This document shows, piece by piece, positions 1 through 7,406 of a stretch of 27,088 bases of DNA (positions are counted from its first letter, which is position 1; every line of letters starts with the position of its first letter). The notes beneath the pieces were generated by a model. The model was not told where the DNA came from. It worked only from the letters and a program-made list of their open reading frames with translations, and did no database searches. The DNA comes from Candidatus Sulfotelmatobacter sp. (GTDB lineage Bacteria > Pseudomonadota > Alphaproteobacteria > Ferrovibrionales > Ferrovibrionaceae). Made by a program: the position numbers and the translations under genes. The stretch covers positions 1 to 27,088 of the forward strand of contig DATKQA010000417.1 of assembly GCA_035523835.1 (NCBI GenBank). The letters are read 5' to 3'.

Positions 1-2316
1 GTCGCTTCGCCGCACCGGTTCGCTCGACACCGTCGCGCGCGTCGTCGCCATGAACGTATCCGGCAGGTAGACGAGCTTCTCCGAAAAGTAGCGGTCCATG
101 CCGGGCGCGATCTGGCGATGGTCGGTGATGAGGTATTGCAGGAAATCGCCGCCGATGGTCGAGGAATAGCCGAGATAGTGCGCCTGCACCGGCGCCGGAC
201 GGAGCGCGAATATCTCCGGCCGGGAGAAGCGGGTATGGCCGGCGAGGTCGATCAGGATATTGATGCCGTCGGCATGGATCTGCTCGGCCGACTGGCGGAA
301 GGACTGGTTGCTGACGTCGCGGAAGGCGTGAAAGTGCCGGCGCAGGTGCGCGGTCACGCCGTCGGCCTGCACCGGCGCCAGGGAATAGCCGTAGATCTCG
401 AAATTCTCCGTATCATGCGCTTCGAGCAGCCCGCGGAACGCCATGGCGACGCTGTGATAGCGGAAGTCGGGGGAGACATAGCCGACGCGGAGCTTGCGCA
501 CCGGCGTGCGCGGATGGGCGAACGCCAGCGAGCGGGTGATCTCGCTCACCGCATTGGCCGAGCGGCCGGCCATGTAGCGGGCGACGCGGTAGCGCAAGTC
601 CATCGACGCCGGCGTCCCCATCAGGCCGAAGCCCGACACCGTGAGCGGCTTGCCCTCCTGCAGCTCCACCTCGGTATTGGCCAGCATCTTGGCGATGGTG
701 GCGTCGAGATTCGACCAATTGCATTGCAGCATCAGGCCGTGCGCCAGATAGGGATAGACGGCGTTGTAGTCGGGCCGGATCTGCAGCGCCTGCTTGAAGA
801 CGGTGACCGATTCGTCATAGCGGCCGATGAGCTGCAGCGCGCCGCCGAGGTTGAAATAGGCCGGCGAGCGCTTGGGATCCTGGGCGATGACGTCGCGGTA
901 GAGCTTGATCGCCTCGCCGAAGGCGCCCTTGGCCTGGTAGGAGATCGCCAGGTTGTTGGTGGTCTCGAGATGGCCGGGTTCGACGGCGAGGGCGTCGCGG
1001 AAGGCGGCGATGGCCTCGTCGTGCCGGTTCTGCGCCTGCAGCACGAGGCCGAGGTTGTTGTGCGCATCGGCCGTCTTCGGGCTGAGCGCGATGCCGCGGT
1101 TGAGCGATGCCACCGCCTCGTCGAAGCGGCCGAGGCCGCGCAGCACATTGCCGAGGTTGATATGGCCGACGGCGAACTCGGGATCGTGGCGCACCGCCGC
1201 CGCATAGGCCGCCGCCGCCTCTTCGTGCCGGTCGACGGTGATCAGGGCGTTGCCGAGGTTGTTGTAGGCGAAGATGAAATCCGGCCGCAGCTCGATCGCC
1301 TTGTGCAGCACGGCGATCGATTCCTCGACCGCGCCGACGGCGAGCAGCACGCTGCCGAGATTGGTGTAGATCTCCGGCACCGACGGGTCGATGCGGATGG
1401 CCTCGCGGTAATGTTCGATGGCGGCGGGGTGGTTCTGCTGCGCCTGGTAGACGTTGCCGAGATGGAAGCGGGTCGCGGCATCGTCCGGCGCGGCCCGGCG
1501 GGCCTGCTCCAGAAGGCTGAGGGCGAGGTCCGGGCGGTTGCGCTTGCCGACCATGTGCGCGAGCGCACGGATCGCCTCGATATATTTCGGCCGCAGCGTC
1601 ATGGCCCGGCGCAGAAGCCGCATCGCGGTCGCCGAGCGCGCGGTCTTGTCGTAGATCAGCGCCAGATTGTAGCAGCCCTGCGGCCAATCCGGCTTCAGCG
1701 CCAGCGCGGCTTCCAGGTGCCTGACGGCGCTCGCATCTTCGCCGAGCGCGGCCAGCACGTTGCCGTAGTTGGCGTGCGCCTCGACATTGTCCGGCTCGGC
1801 TTCGAGCACGGCCTCGAAACATTGGCGGGCGGCTTCCGGCTGGCCGAGGTTCCAATTGGCAGTACCAAGGCCGATGCGGGCCGCGGCCAGGTCCGGCTGC
1901 AGGGCGAGCGCCTGCTCCAGATAGGTCTTGGCTTCTCCGAAGCGCTTGCCGCGCACCAGAACGCTGCCGAGATTGGCCAGCGCCGCTGCAAAGGCCGGCC
2001 GGCGGGCGATGGCGCGGCGATAGAAATCCTCCGCCGCGGCGGCGTTGCCGCGCTCCGCTTCGAGATTGCCGAGGTTCGAGAGCGTATCGGGATCTTCCGG
2101 CGCGATGCTCAGCACCTGGCCGTAGAGCATGACCGCCTGCTCGACCTGGCCGACGCGGGCCGCGAGCGCCGCCAGGTTGAAGAGCGCGCCCTGATGCTTG
2201 GCATCGGCGGCCAGGATGCGCTGGTAGATTTCGGCTGCTTCAGCCAACCGCCCCGAACGGTGATGATGCAACGCGACGGCAAAAATCGTCTGGGAGGAAT
2301 CAGCGGCAACCGACAT
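1..2316 (-). CDS. TPR-repeat O-glycosyltransferase, GT41 (OGT/SPINDLY-like); 3' end truncated by the window edge
   Basis: Manual translation from ATG at 2316 (MSVAADSSQTIFAVALHHHRSG...) stays open to base 1 (772 codons). It gives about 14-15 TPR units (e.g. AYNNLGNAL, AHNNLGLVL, AYFNLGGAL), then GT41 motifs LRVGYVSPDFRYHSV, DGINILIDLAGHT, RPAPVQAHYLGYSSTIG and EKLVYLPDTF. It is missing from the ORF track because no stop codon lies in the window. Confidence 0.9.
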   Translation of the reverse strand, partial: MSVAADSSQTIFAVALHHHRSGRLAEAAEIYQRILAADAKHQGALFNLAALAARVGQVEQAVMLYGQVLSIAPEDPDTLSNLGNLEAERGNAAAAEDFYRRAIARRPAFAAALANLGSVLVRGKRFGEAKTYLEQALALQPDLAAARIGLGTANWNLGQPEAARQCFEAVLEAEPDNVEAHANYGNVLAALGEDASAVRHLEAALALKPDWPQGCYNLALIYDKTARSATAMRLLRRAMTLRPKYIEAIRALAHMVGKRNRPDLALSLLEQARRAAPDDAATRFHLGNVYQAQQNHPAAIEHYREAIRIDPSVPEIYTNLGSVLLAVGAVEESIAVLHKAIELRPDFIFAYNNLGNALITVDRHEEAAAAYAAAVRHDPEFAVGHINLGNVLRGLGRFDEAVASLNRGIALSPKTADAHNNLGLVLQAQNRHDEAIAAFRDALAVEPGHLETTNNLAISYQAKGAFGEAIKLYRDVIAQDPKRSPAYFNLGGALQLIGRYDESVTVFKQALQIRPDYNAVYPYLAHGLMLQCNWSNLDATIAKMLANTEVELQEGKPLTVSGFGLMGTPASMDLRYRVARYMAGRSANAVSEITRSLAFAHPRTPVRKLRVGYVSPDFRYHSVAMAFRGLLEAHDTENFEIYGYSLAPVQADGVTAHLRRHFHAFRDVSNQSFRQSAEQIHADGINILIDLAGHTRFSRPEIFALRPAPVQAHYLGYSSTIGGDFLQYLITDHRQIAPGMDRYFSEKLVYLPDTFMATTRATVSSEPVRRSD

Positions 2317-2339
2317 GGCGCGATGGTGCCCGCGCGCGG

Positions 2340-2354
2340 TTAAAAGAGCGTTTA
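2340..2354 (-). promoter_or_regulatory. CtrA-box-like site upstream of the GT41 gene
   Basis: TTAA-AAGAGCG-TTTA (TTAA-N7-TTAA, one mismatch). The minus strand reads TAAA-N7-TTAAC, 23 nt upstream of the GT41 ATG. Confidence 0.6.
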
Positions 2355-2395
2355 GCGGGGCCGCGGCGCGGCCATTTTGCCGACACTTTCCGAAC

Positions 2396-2449
2396 GGCGC
2401 AGTTTGCCGCCCGGCCCGGCAGGAATTGCGCGATCTGGCAAGTCTTGCC
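2396..2449. promoter_or_regulatory. Cluster of ftr (FlbD enhancer)-like elements for flagellin-1
   Basis: GGC-N7-GCC dyads at 2396-2408 (GGCGCAGTTTGCC) and 2437-2449 (GGCAAGTCTTGCC, a perfect palindrome), plus an imperfect one at 2418-2430. They lie about 115-170 bp upstream of a sigma54 promoter. Confidence 0.7.
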
Positions 2450-2521
2450 GGGTCCGGCGGCTCCGCCCGGGCGGCTCACATTTCCGCTTCAGGCTTTGCT
2501 AAGGATAAGATACATAAGCAA

Positions 2522-2534
2522 TTTCAACATGTTA
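2522..2534 (+). promoter_or_regulatory. IHF-binding site candidate
   Basis: TTTCAACATGTTA versus consensus WATCAANNNNTTR (1 mismatch), in an AT-rich patch between the ftr elements and the sigma54 promoter. A near-identical site sits at 4371-4383. Confidence 0.6.
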
Positions 2535-2563
2535 TCGGAGGATCGCGGAAGCGGCCGCGGCTC

Positions 2564-2578
2564 TGGCATGCGGCTTGC
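2564..2578 (+). promoter_or_regulatory. Sigma54 (-24/-12) promoter of flagellin-1-flbT-flaF1
   Basis: TGGCAT-GCGGC-TTGC matches TGGCAC-N5-TTGC, 82 nt upstream of the flagellin ATG. Confidence 0.85.
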
Positions 2579-2660
2579 CATTGTGGCTTCGAGCCGAATG
2601 CACAGCTTTCCGCCGTCAGAAGGCGACCCGCGAAATATCTGCGGATGAGGAGACAGAATC

Positions 2661-3476
2661 ATGGTTCTATCGATCAACACCAACACGCCGGCCGCTCTGG
2701 CGCTCGAGCAGTTGAACAACACCAACGCCCAGCTCAATCAGACGCAGCTCGCCATCTCGACGGGCCTCAAGGTCAACGGCCCGAAGGACGATCCCTCGGC
2801 CTATGCCATCGCCCAGAACCTGCGCGGCCAGATCGCCGGTACCCAGGCGGTCGGCATCGCGCTGTCCACCGGCGGTTCCGCGGTCAACGTCGCCATCAGC
2901 GCCGGTCAGTCGATCGCCGACCTGCTGACCCAGGCCAAGGCCAAGATCGTGCAGGCCAACCAGAACGGCCTCGACCCGGTGTCGCGCACCGCCTTGCACA
3001 ACGATTTCGTGGCGCTGCGCGAGCAGATCGACACGATCGTCTCCACCGCCTCGTTCAATGGCACCAACCTGATCGACTCCGGCGCCACCAGCCTGAGCGT
3101 GCTCTCGACGGTCGACGGCAGCACCATCACCGTCAGCGCCCAGGGCCTGACCACCTCGGCGCTGTCGATCAGCTCCGCCGACCTCACCACCTCGGCCGGC
3201 GCGCTGTCGGCCCTGACCGCGATCAACTCGGCCATCACCGAGGTCTCTAACGCGCTGGCGGCACTCGGCGCCTCCGCCGAACAGATCGATCTGCAGTCGA
3301 GCTTCGCCACCAAGCTGGTCGACATCCTGAGCGCCGGCGTCGGCGACCTCGTCGATGCGGATATGGCCTCGGAGAGCGCGCAACTCCAGTCGCTGCAGGT
3401 CAAGCAGCAGCTCGGCGTGCAGGCACTCTCGATTGCCAACCAGTCGCCGCAGGCGATCCTGGCGCTGTTCCGCTAG
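2661..3476 (+). CDS. fliC: Flagellin 1 (271 aa, short Caulobacter-type)
   Basis: N-terminal SINTN...STGLKVNGPKDD, central FNGTNL, C-terminal VDADMASESAQLQSLQVKQQLGVQALSIANQSPQAILALFR. RBS GAGGAG upstream. Confidence 0.97.
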   Translation: MVLSINTNTPAALALEQLNNTNAQLNQTQLAISTGLKVNGPKDDPSAYAIAQNLRGQIAGTQAVGIALSTGGSAVNVAISAGQSIADLLTQAKAKIVQANQNGLDPVSRTALHNDFVALREQIDTIVSTASFNGTNLIDSGATSLSVLSTVDGSTITVSAQGLTTSALSISSADLTTSAGALSALTAINSAITEVSNALAALGASAEQIDLQSSFATKLVDILSAGVGDLVDADMASESAQLQSLQVKQQLGVQALSIANQSPQAILALFR

Positions 3477-3531
3477 GATATCGGCTAGACATCGCACGGG
3501 GCGGGGCCGAGAAGCGGCTCCGGCAGGCAGA

Positions 3532-3936
3532 ATGGCACTCAAGATTACCCTCAAGCCGGGCGAGAAGTTCGTCATCAACGGCGCCGTCATCATCAACGGC
3601 GATCGCCGGACCAACATGGTGATCCAGAACAAGGTTTCGATCCTGCGCGAGCGGGACATCATGCAGTTCGAAGAGGCGAACACGCCGGTCAAGCGCATCT
3701 ATTTTCCGATCATGATGATGTATCTCGACGGGGGCCGGGACAAGACGCTGCACGCAGAATTCGTGCGCCGCGTTACCGAATTCATCAACGCCGTCACCAA
3801 TTCCGAGGCGCTGCAGCTCAGCATCAGCATCATTCAGGCTGTCAACGCCGGGGAATTCTATCGCGCCCTTCTGGCATGCAAGAAGCTGCTGCCGTTCGAA
3901 CAGGAAAGACTGTCCTATGAGCCTGGCAAAGTATAA
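3532..3936 (+). CDS. flbT: Flagellin mRNA-binding regulator FlbT (134 aa)
   Basis: MALKITLKPGEKFVINGAVI...SILRERDIM...TPVKRIYF...FYRALLACKKL. Start placed at ATG 3532 inside track ORF 3355..3936; overlaps flaF by 20 nt. Confidence 0.92.
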   Translation: MALKITLKPGEKFVINGAVIINGDRRTNMVIQNKVSILRERDIMQFEEANTPVKRIYFPIMMMYLDGGRDKTLHAEFVRRVTEFINAVTNSEALQLSISIIQAVNAGEFYRALLACKKLLPFEQERLSYEPGKV

Positions 3937-4270
3937 GTCCGTTCAGAACGCCACCGAGCATCCGCGCAGCACGGAATACCGGCTGTTCGCGCAGGTCACC
4001 CGCGCGCTGATGGAGATCGGCGACAAGATCGATGCCAAGGCGCACGAGACGCTGCATTGGAACCAGCGCATGTGGATCGCGCTGCAGACCGATCTGGCGG
4101 CCGACGGCAACCAACTGCCCGACGGACTCAAGGCGCAGCTCATCTCGCTTGCCACCTGGGTCGACAAGTACACCATGAAGGTGATGCAGCGGCGCGCGCC
4201 GCTGGCGCCGCTGATCCAGGTGAACCGCGCCATCATGGAAGGATTGGCGAGCAGCGCCGGCGCGGCGTGA
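3917..4270 (+). CDS. flaF: Flagellar biosynthesis regulator FlaF, copy 1
   Basis: YKSVQNATEHPRSTEYRLF...WNQRMW...DLAADGNQLPDGLKAQLISL...LIQVNRAIMEGL; adjacent to flbT. Confidence 0.92.
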   Translation: MSLAKYKSVQNATEHPRSTEYRLFAQVTRALMEIGDKIDAKAHETLHWNQRMWIALQTDLAADGNQLPDGLKAQLISLATWVDKYTMKVMQRRAPLAPLIQVNRAIMEGLASSAGAA

Positions 4271-4291
4271 GGCGGGCGGCAATTTCGTACC

Positions 4292-4336
4292 GGTAGAAAC
4301 TGCCGCCCCGGCAAATCTTGCCGGGCAGAAATCGCC
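4292..4336. promoter_or_regulatory. ftr (FlbD enhancer) cluster for flagellin-2
   Basis: 19-bp dyad CCCGGC-AAATCTT-GCCGGG at 4307-4325, flanked by GGT-AGAAACT-GCC (4292-4304) and GGC-AGAAATC-GCC (4324-4336). Confidence 0.75.
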
Positions 4337-4370
4337 GGCCGCATGGTGAATGCTGGGTAAATTCTGCCGA

Positions 4371-4383
4371 TTTCAACATCTTA
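4371..4383 (+). promoter_or_regulatory. IHF-binding site candidate
   Basis: TTTCAACATCTTA, 12/13 identical to the site at 2522-2534 and at a similar distance from the sigma54 element. Confidence 0.6.
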
Positions 4384-4408
4384 ACAGAAAGCAAATCGGC
4401 CGCTTCCG

Positions 4409-4423
4409 TGGCATGGCGATTGC
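4409..4423 (+). promoter_or_regulatory. Sigma54 promoter of flagellin-2
   Basis: TGGCAT-GGCGA-TTGC. Confidence 0.85.
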
Positions 4424-4495
4424 TTCTTCGGGCACGGGGCAAAATGCCCCGCCGGCAAAACGCCGGAATTCTCCGTCAGAAGAAGGAGCGTACCC

Positions 4496-5317
4496 GTGTC
4501 CACTACCAATTCCATCAATACCAATACCGCCGCAGCCGCCGCTCTGGAGCAGTTGAACTCCACCCGTATTCAGTTGGCCCAGACGCAGCAAGCCGTCACC
4601 ACGGGCCTTCGAGTGAGCGGCCCGCAGGACGACGCGTCGAGCTTCGCCATCGCCCTGAACCTGAAAGGCACGATCGCCGGCGACACCGCCGTGCAGACCG
4701 CGCTCTCGACCGGTGAATCGGCGGTGAACGTCGCCGTGAACGCCGGCCAGTCGATCGCCGACCTGCTGACCCAGGCCAAGGCGAAGATCGTGGAAGCCAA
4801 CCAGAGCGGCCTCGACGCCACGTCGCGCACCGCCCTGCACAACGACTTCGCGGCTCTGCGCAGCCAGATCAACACGATCGTTGCCACCGCCTCGTTCAAC
4901 GGCACGAACCTGATCGACTCTGGCGCCACCACGCTCAACGTGTTGAGCACGGCGGACGGCAGCGTCATCGCGGTGAGCGCCCAGGGCCTGACCAGCTCGG
5001 CCCTCGGCATCAGCTCTGCCGACCTGACCACCTCGGGCAGCGCCACGGCGGCTCTGACGGCGATCAACACCGCCATCACCACAGTGGCGAACGCGCTCGC
5101 CGCTCTCGGTTCGGCGGTCAGCCGAATTGAGGACCAGAGCACCTTCACCGGCAAGCTGATCGATACGCTGAATGCCGGCGTGGGCGATCTCGTGGACGCC
5201 GACCTGGCGCAGGAGAGCGCGCAGTTGCAGGCCCTGCAGATCAAGCAGCAGCTTGGCGTGCAGGCACTGTCGATTGCGAACCAGACTCCGCAGTCGTTGC
5301 TGTCTCTGTTCCGCTAA
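4496..5317 (+). CDS. fliC: Flagellin 2 (273 aa), GTG start
   Basis: SINTN, TTGLRVSGPQDDASSFAIA, FNGTNL and VDADLAQESAQLQALQIKQQLGVQALSIAN. RBS AAGGAG at 4483-4488; clear paralog of flagellin 1. Confidence 0.97.
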   Translation: MSTTNSINTNTAAAAALEQLNSTRIQLAQTQQAVTTGLRVSGPQDDASSFAIALNLKGTIAGDTAVQTALSTGESAVNVAVNAGQSIADLLTQAKAKIVEANQSGLDATSRTALHNDFAALRSQINTIVATASFNGTNLIDSGATTLNVLSTADGSVIAVSAQGLTSSALGISSADLTTSGSATAALTAINTAITTVANALAALGSAVSRIEDQSTFTGKLIDTLNAGVGDLVDADLAQESAQLQALQIKQQLGVQALSIANQTPQSLLSLFR

Positions 5318-5327
5318 GGGTAAGGAC

Positions 5328-5357
5328 GGGGAGGCGGGGCGCAGGCCGCGCCTCCCC
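5328..5357 (+). terminator. Stem-loop after flagellin-2 (partial terminator or mRNA-stabilising hairpin)
   Basis: GGGGAGGCG...CGCCTCCCC 9-bp perfect outer stem, followed by the pyrimidine-rich ATTCTTCCATTGTT with no clean U tract. Confidence 0.5.
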
Positions 5358-5454
5358 ATTCTTCCATTGTTGCTTGCGACAGGTCTGCCGCGACCGGAGG
5401 CGCACAATCAGCCGTTCCGGCCGTGGCGCGAGAGCTCACAATCGGGAATAGCTT

Positions 5455-5838
5455 ATGTCATTGCAGAAATATCAGGCGGCACAACGCGCGACGGAGAGTC
5501 CGCGCAGCACGGAATACCGACTCTTCGCGCAGGTCACGCGCGCATTGATGGACTACAAGGAGGGCCCGGGGCCGAAGCGCATCGAGGCGCTGGATTGGAA
5601 CCGCCATGTCTGGACCGTGCTGTTGAGCGATCTGGCGGATTCCCGCAATCAACTGCCGAGCCAGTTGAAGGCGACGTTGATTTCGCTGTCGATCTGGGTC
5701 GGCAAATACACCCGCAAGGTGATGAGCGGACGGGCGCCGCTGCAGCCGTTGATCGATGTCAATCGCAACGTCATGGAAGGCCTCGCGGCCGGGGCGCGGA
5801 ACGCGCTCGCGCAACCGCAGAATCGCAACGCGGCCTGA
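5455..5838 (+). CDS. flaF: FlaF, copy 2 (127 aa)
   Basis: Aligns without gaps to FlaF copy 1; my hand count is 70 identities over 111 residues. Confidence 0.92.
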   Translation: MSLQKYQAAQRATESPRSTEYRLFAQVTRALMDYKEGPGPKRIEALDWNRHVWTVLLSDLADSRNQLPSQLKATLISLSIWVGKYTRKVMSGRAPLQPLIDVNRNVMEGLAAGARNALAQPQNRNAA

Positions 5839-5877
5839 GACGGGCTGGCGTCCGCCAAGCCGGCGGCGAAGCGGACG

Positions 5878-5916
5878 AGGGGCGGCGGACGGTGGTCCGG
5901 CCGCCCCTTTCGTTTT
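5878..5916 (+). terminator. Rho-independent terminator between convergent flaF2 and the decarboxylase
   Basis: AGGGGCGG-C-GGAC / GTCC-GG-CCGCCCCT hairpin followed by TTCGTTTT. Confidence 0.7.
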
Positions 5917-5923
5917 CGACGGC

Positions 5924-7402
5924 TCAGTGGGCGCGGGCGGCACCGAGGCGCAGGACGGCGTCGACCAGGAGGTCGAAATCCTCGAGCCGGCTGCGGTGGT
6001 TGGTGATGGCGACGCGGATGGCCAGCCTGCCGTCGAGACGCGTGGTGGAGGGGGCGGCGATGCCCGTTTCCTGCAGGTCGGCGACGATGGCCTCGTTCAA
6101 GCGGTCGAGCGCGGCCTCGGGCGCCATCGACGGCGCGTAGCGGAAGCAGACGATATTGAGTGGTCCGGCCGCCATCGGCTCGAGCGCCGGTTCGCGCCGG
6201 ACGCGGTCGGCGAGGTAGGCGGCCTGGCGGCAATTCTCCTCGATCTTCCGGCCCAGCCGCTCGACGCCGTGTTCCTTCAAGGTGAACCAGACCTTGAGCG
6301 CACGGAAGCCGCGCGACATTTCCGGCCCGTACTCGCAGAACCAGGGGTTGGCCCCGGCCAGGCCGCGCGGCGCCGCCGCCAGATAGTCGTGGCGGGCCGA
6401 GAAGGCGCCGAGCTGCAAGGCGCTGTCGCGGATCAGCACGCAGCCGGCGTCGTAGGGCACGTGCAGCCATTTATGGAAATCGAAGGCGATGGAATCGGCC
6501 TGTTCGATGCCGCGGACCAGCGGCGCCAGGCGTTCGCTCATCACGGCCAGCGCGCCGAAGGCGCCGTCGACATGGAACCAGAGGCCGTAGTCGCGGCAGA
6601 CGGCTGCCAGGGCCGAGAGATCGTCGACGGCGCCGGTATTGACGGTGCCGGCGGTGCCGACGACGCAAAACGGCCGCAAGCCTTGCGCCAGGTCGGCCTC
6701 GATCCGGCGGCGCAAGGCAGCGAGGTCGATCCGGCGCGAGGCGTCGACGGCGACGGTGCGGAGTGCCTTGCGGCCGAGGCCGAGCGTCTCGAAGGCCTTG
6801 GCGAGCGAACCGTGCGCCTCGCTGGAGCTATAGGCGACCAGCGGGACGGCGCCGAGACCGTCCTGCCGCACGTCGCGTCCCGCCTTGTGGTTGCGGGCCA
6901 CGGTGAGCGCCACCTGGTGCGCCATCGAGGTGCCGCTGACCAGCAGGCCGCCGGCTTCCGCCGGCAGGGCGAAGAGTTCGCAGAACCACTGGATGACCTG
7001 CCGTTCGACATAGACGGCGCCGTGGTCGCGGCCGCCGACATTGGCGTTCATCGCCGCCGCCAGCATCTCGGCGACGACGCCGCCGGCCGTGCCGGAACCA
7101 TGCACCCAGCCAAAGAAACGCGGATGGGTATTGCCGGTGCCGTAGGGCAGGATCAGCTCCGCGCAATCCCGCGCGGTCCTGGCGGCGCCCTGTCCGGCGC
7201 GCGGCAGCGGCTCGGTCAAGGCCTGCTTGACGGCCTCGGGCACCGGCCGCCAGACCGGCCGCTGCCGCACGGTCGCCAGCGAATCCAGCGCGGCGTCGAG
7301 CATCTCGTGCGCCAGGCGGCGGAAGGCGGGCCAGTCCGCCGGATCGAGCGAGCCTCCGTCGACCGCCGCCGGCTGCCGGGAGAATTCCGCAAAGGCGTTC
7401 AT
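5924..7402 (-). CDS. Group II PLP-dependent amino-acid decarboxylase (DDC/GAD/Ddc family), 492 aa
   Basis: HPRFFGWV, EAHGSLAKA (conserved His), VVGTAGTVNTGAVDD, WFHVDGAFG, SIAFDFHKWL (PLP Lys, codon 6470-6472), HDYL (catalytic-loop Tyr) and EMSRGFRALKVW. Confidence 0.93.
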   Translation of the reverse strand: MNAFAEFSRQPAAVDGGSLDPADWPAFRRLAHEMLDAALDSLATVRQRPVWRPVPEAVKQALTEPLPRAGQGAARTARDCAELILPYGTGNTHPRFFGWVHGSGTAGGVVAEMLAAAMNANVGGRDHGAVYVERQVIQWFCELFALPAEAGGLLVSGTSMAHQVALTVARNHKAGRDVRQDGLGAVPLVAYSSSEAHGSLAKAFETLGLGRKALRTVAVDASRRIDLAALRRRIEADLAQGLRPFCVVGTAGTVNTGAVDDLSALAAVCRDYGLWFHVDGAFGALAVMSERLAPLVRGIEQADSIAFDFHKWLHVPYDAGCVLIRDSALQLGAFSARHDYLAAAPRGLAGANPWFCEYGPEMSRGFRALKVWFTLKEHGVERLGRKIEENCRQAAYLADRVRREPALEPMAAGPLNIVCFRYAPSMAPEAALDRLNEAIVADLQETGIAAPSTTRLDGRLAIRVAITNHRSRLEDFDLLVDAVLRLGAARAH

Positions 7403-7406
7403 TGCG

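Noticed and set aside
118-2343. 741-aa plus-strand ORF
   Set aside because: Antisense shadow of the TPR-GT41 gene. It has no recognisable domain, and long stop-free antisense frames are expected at this GC content.
2908-4790. About 35-nt identical stretch shared by the two flagellin genes as a repeat or recombination cassette
   Set aside because: Explained by paralogy in a conserved helix plus strong codon bias; no invertase or flanking sites are present.
5403-5443. CACAATC repeated twice upstream of flaF2
   Set aside because: Only 7 bp, with no matching -35 or sigma54 element at proper spacing; could be chance.
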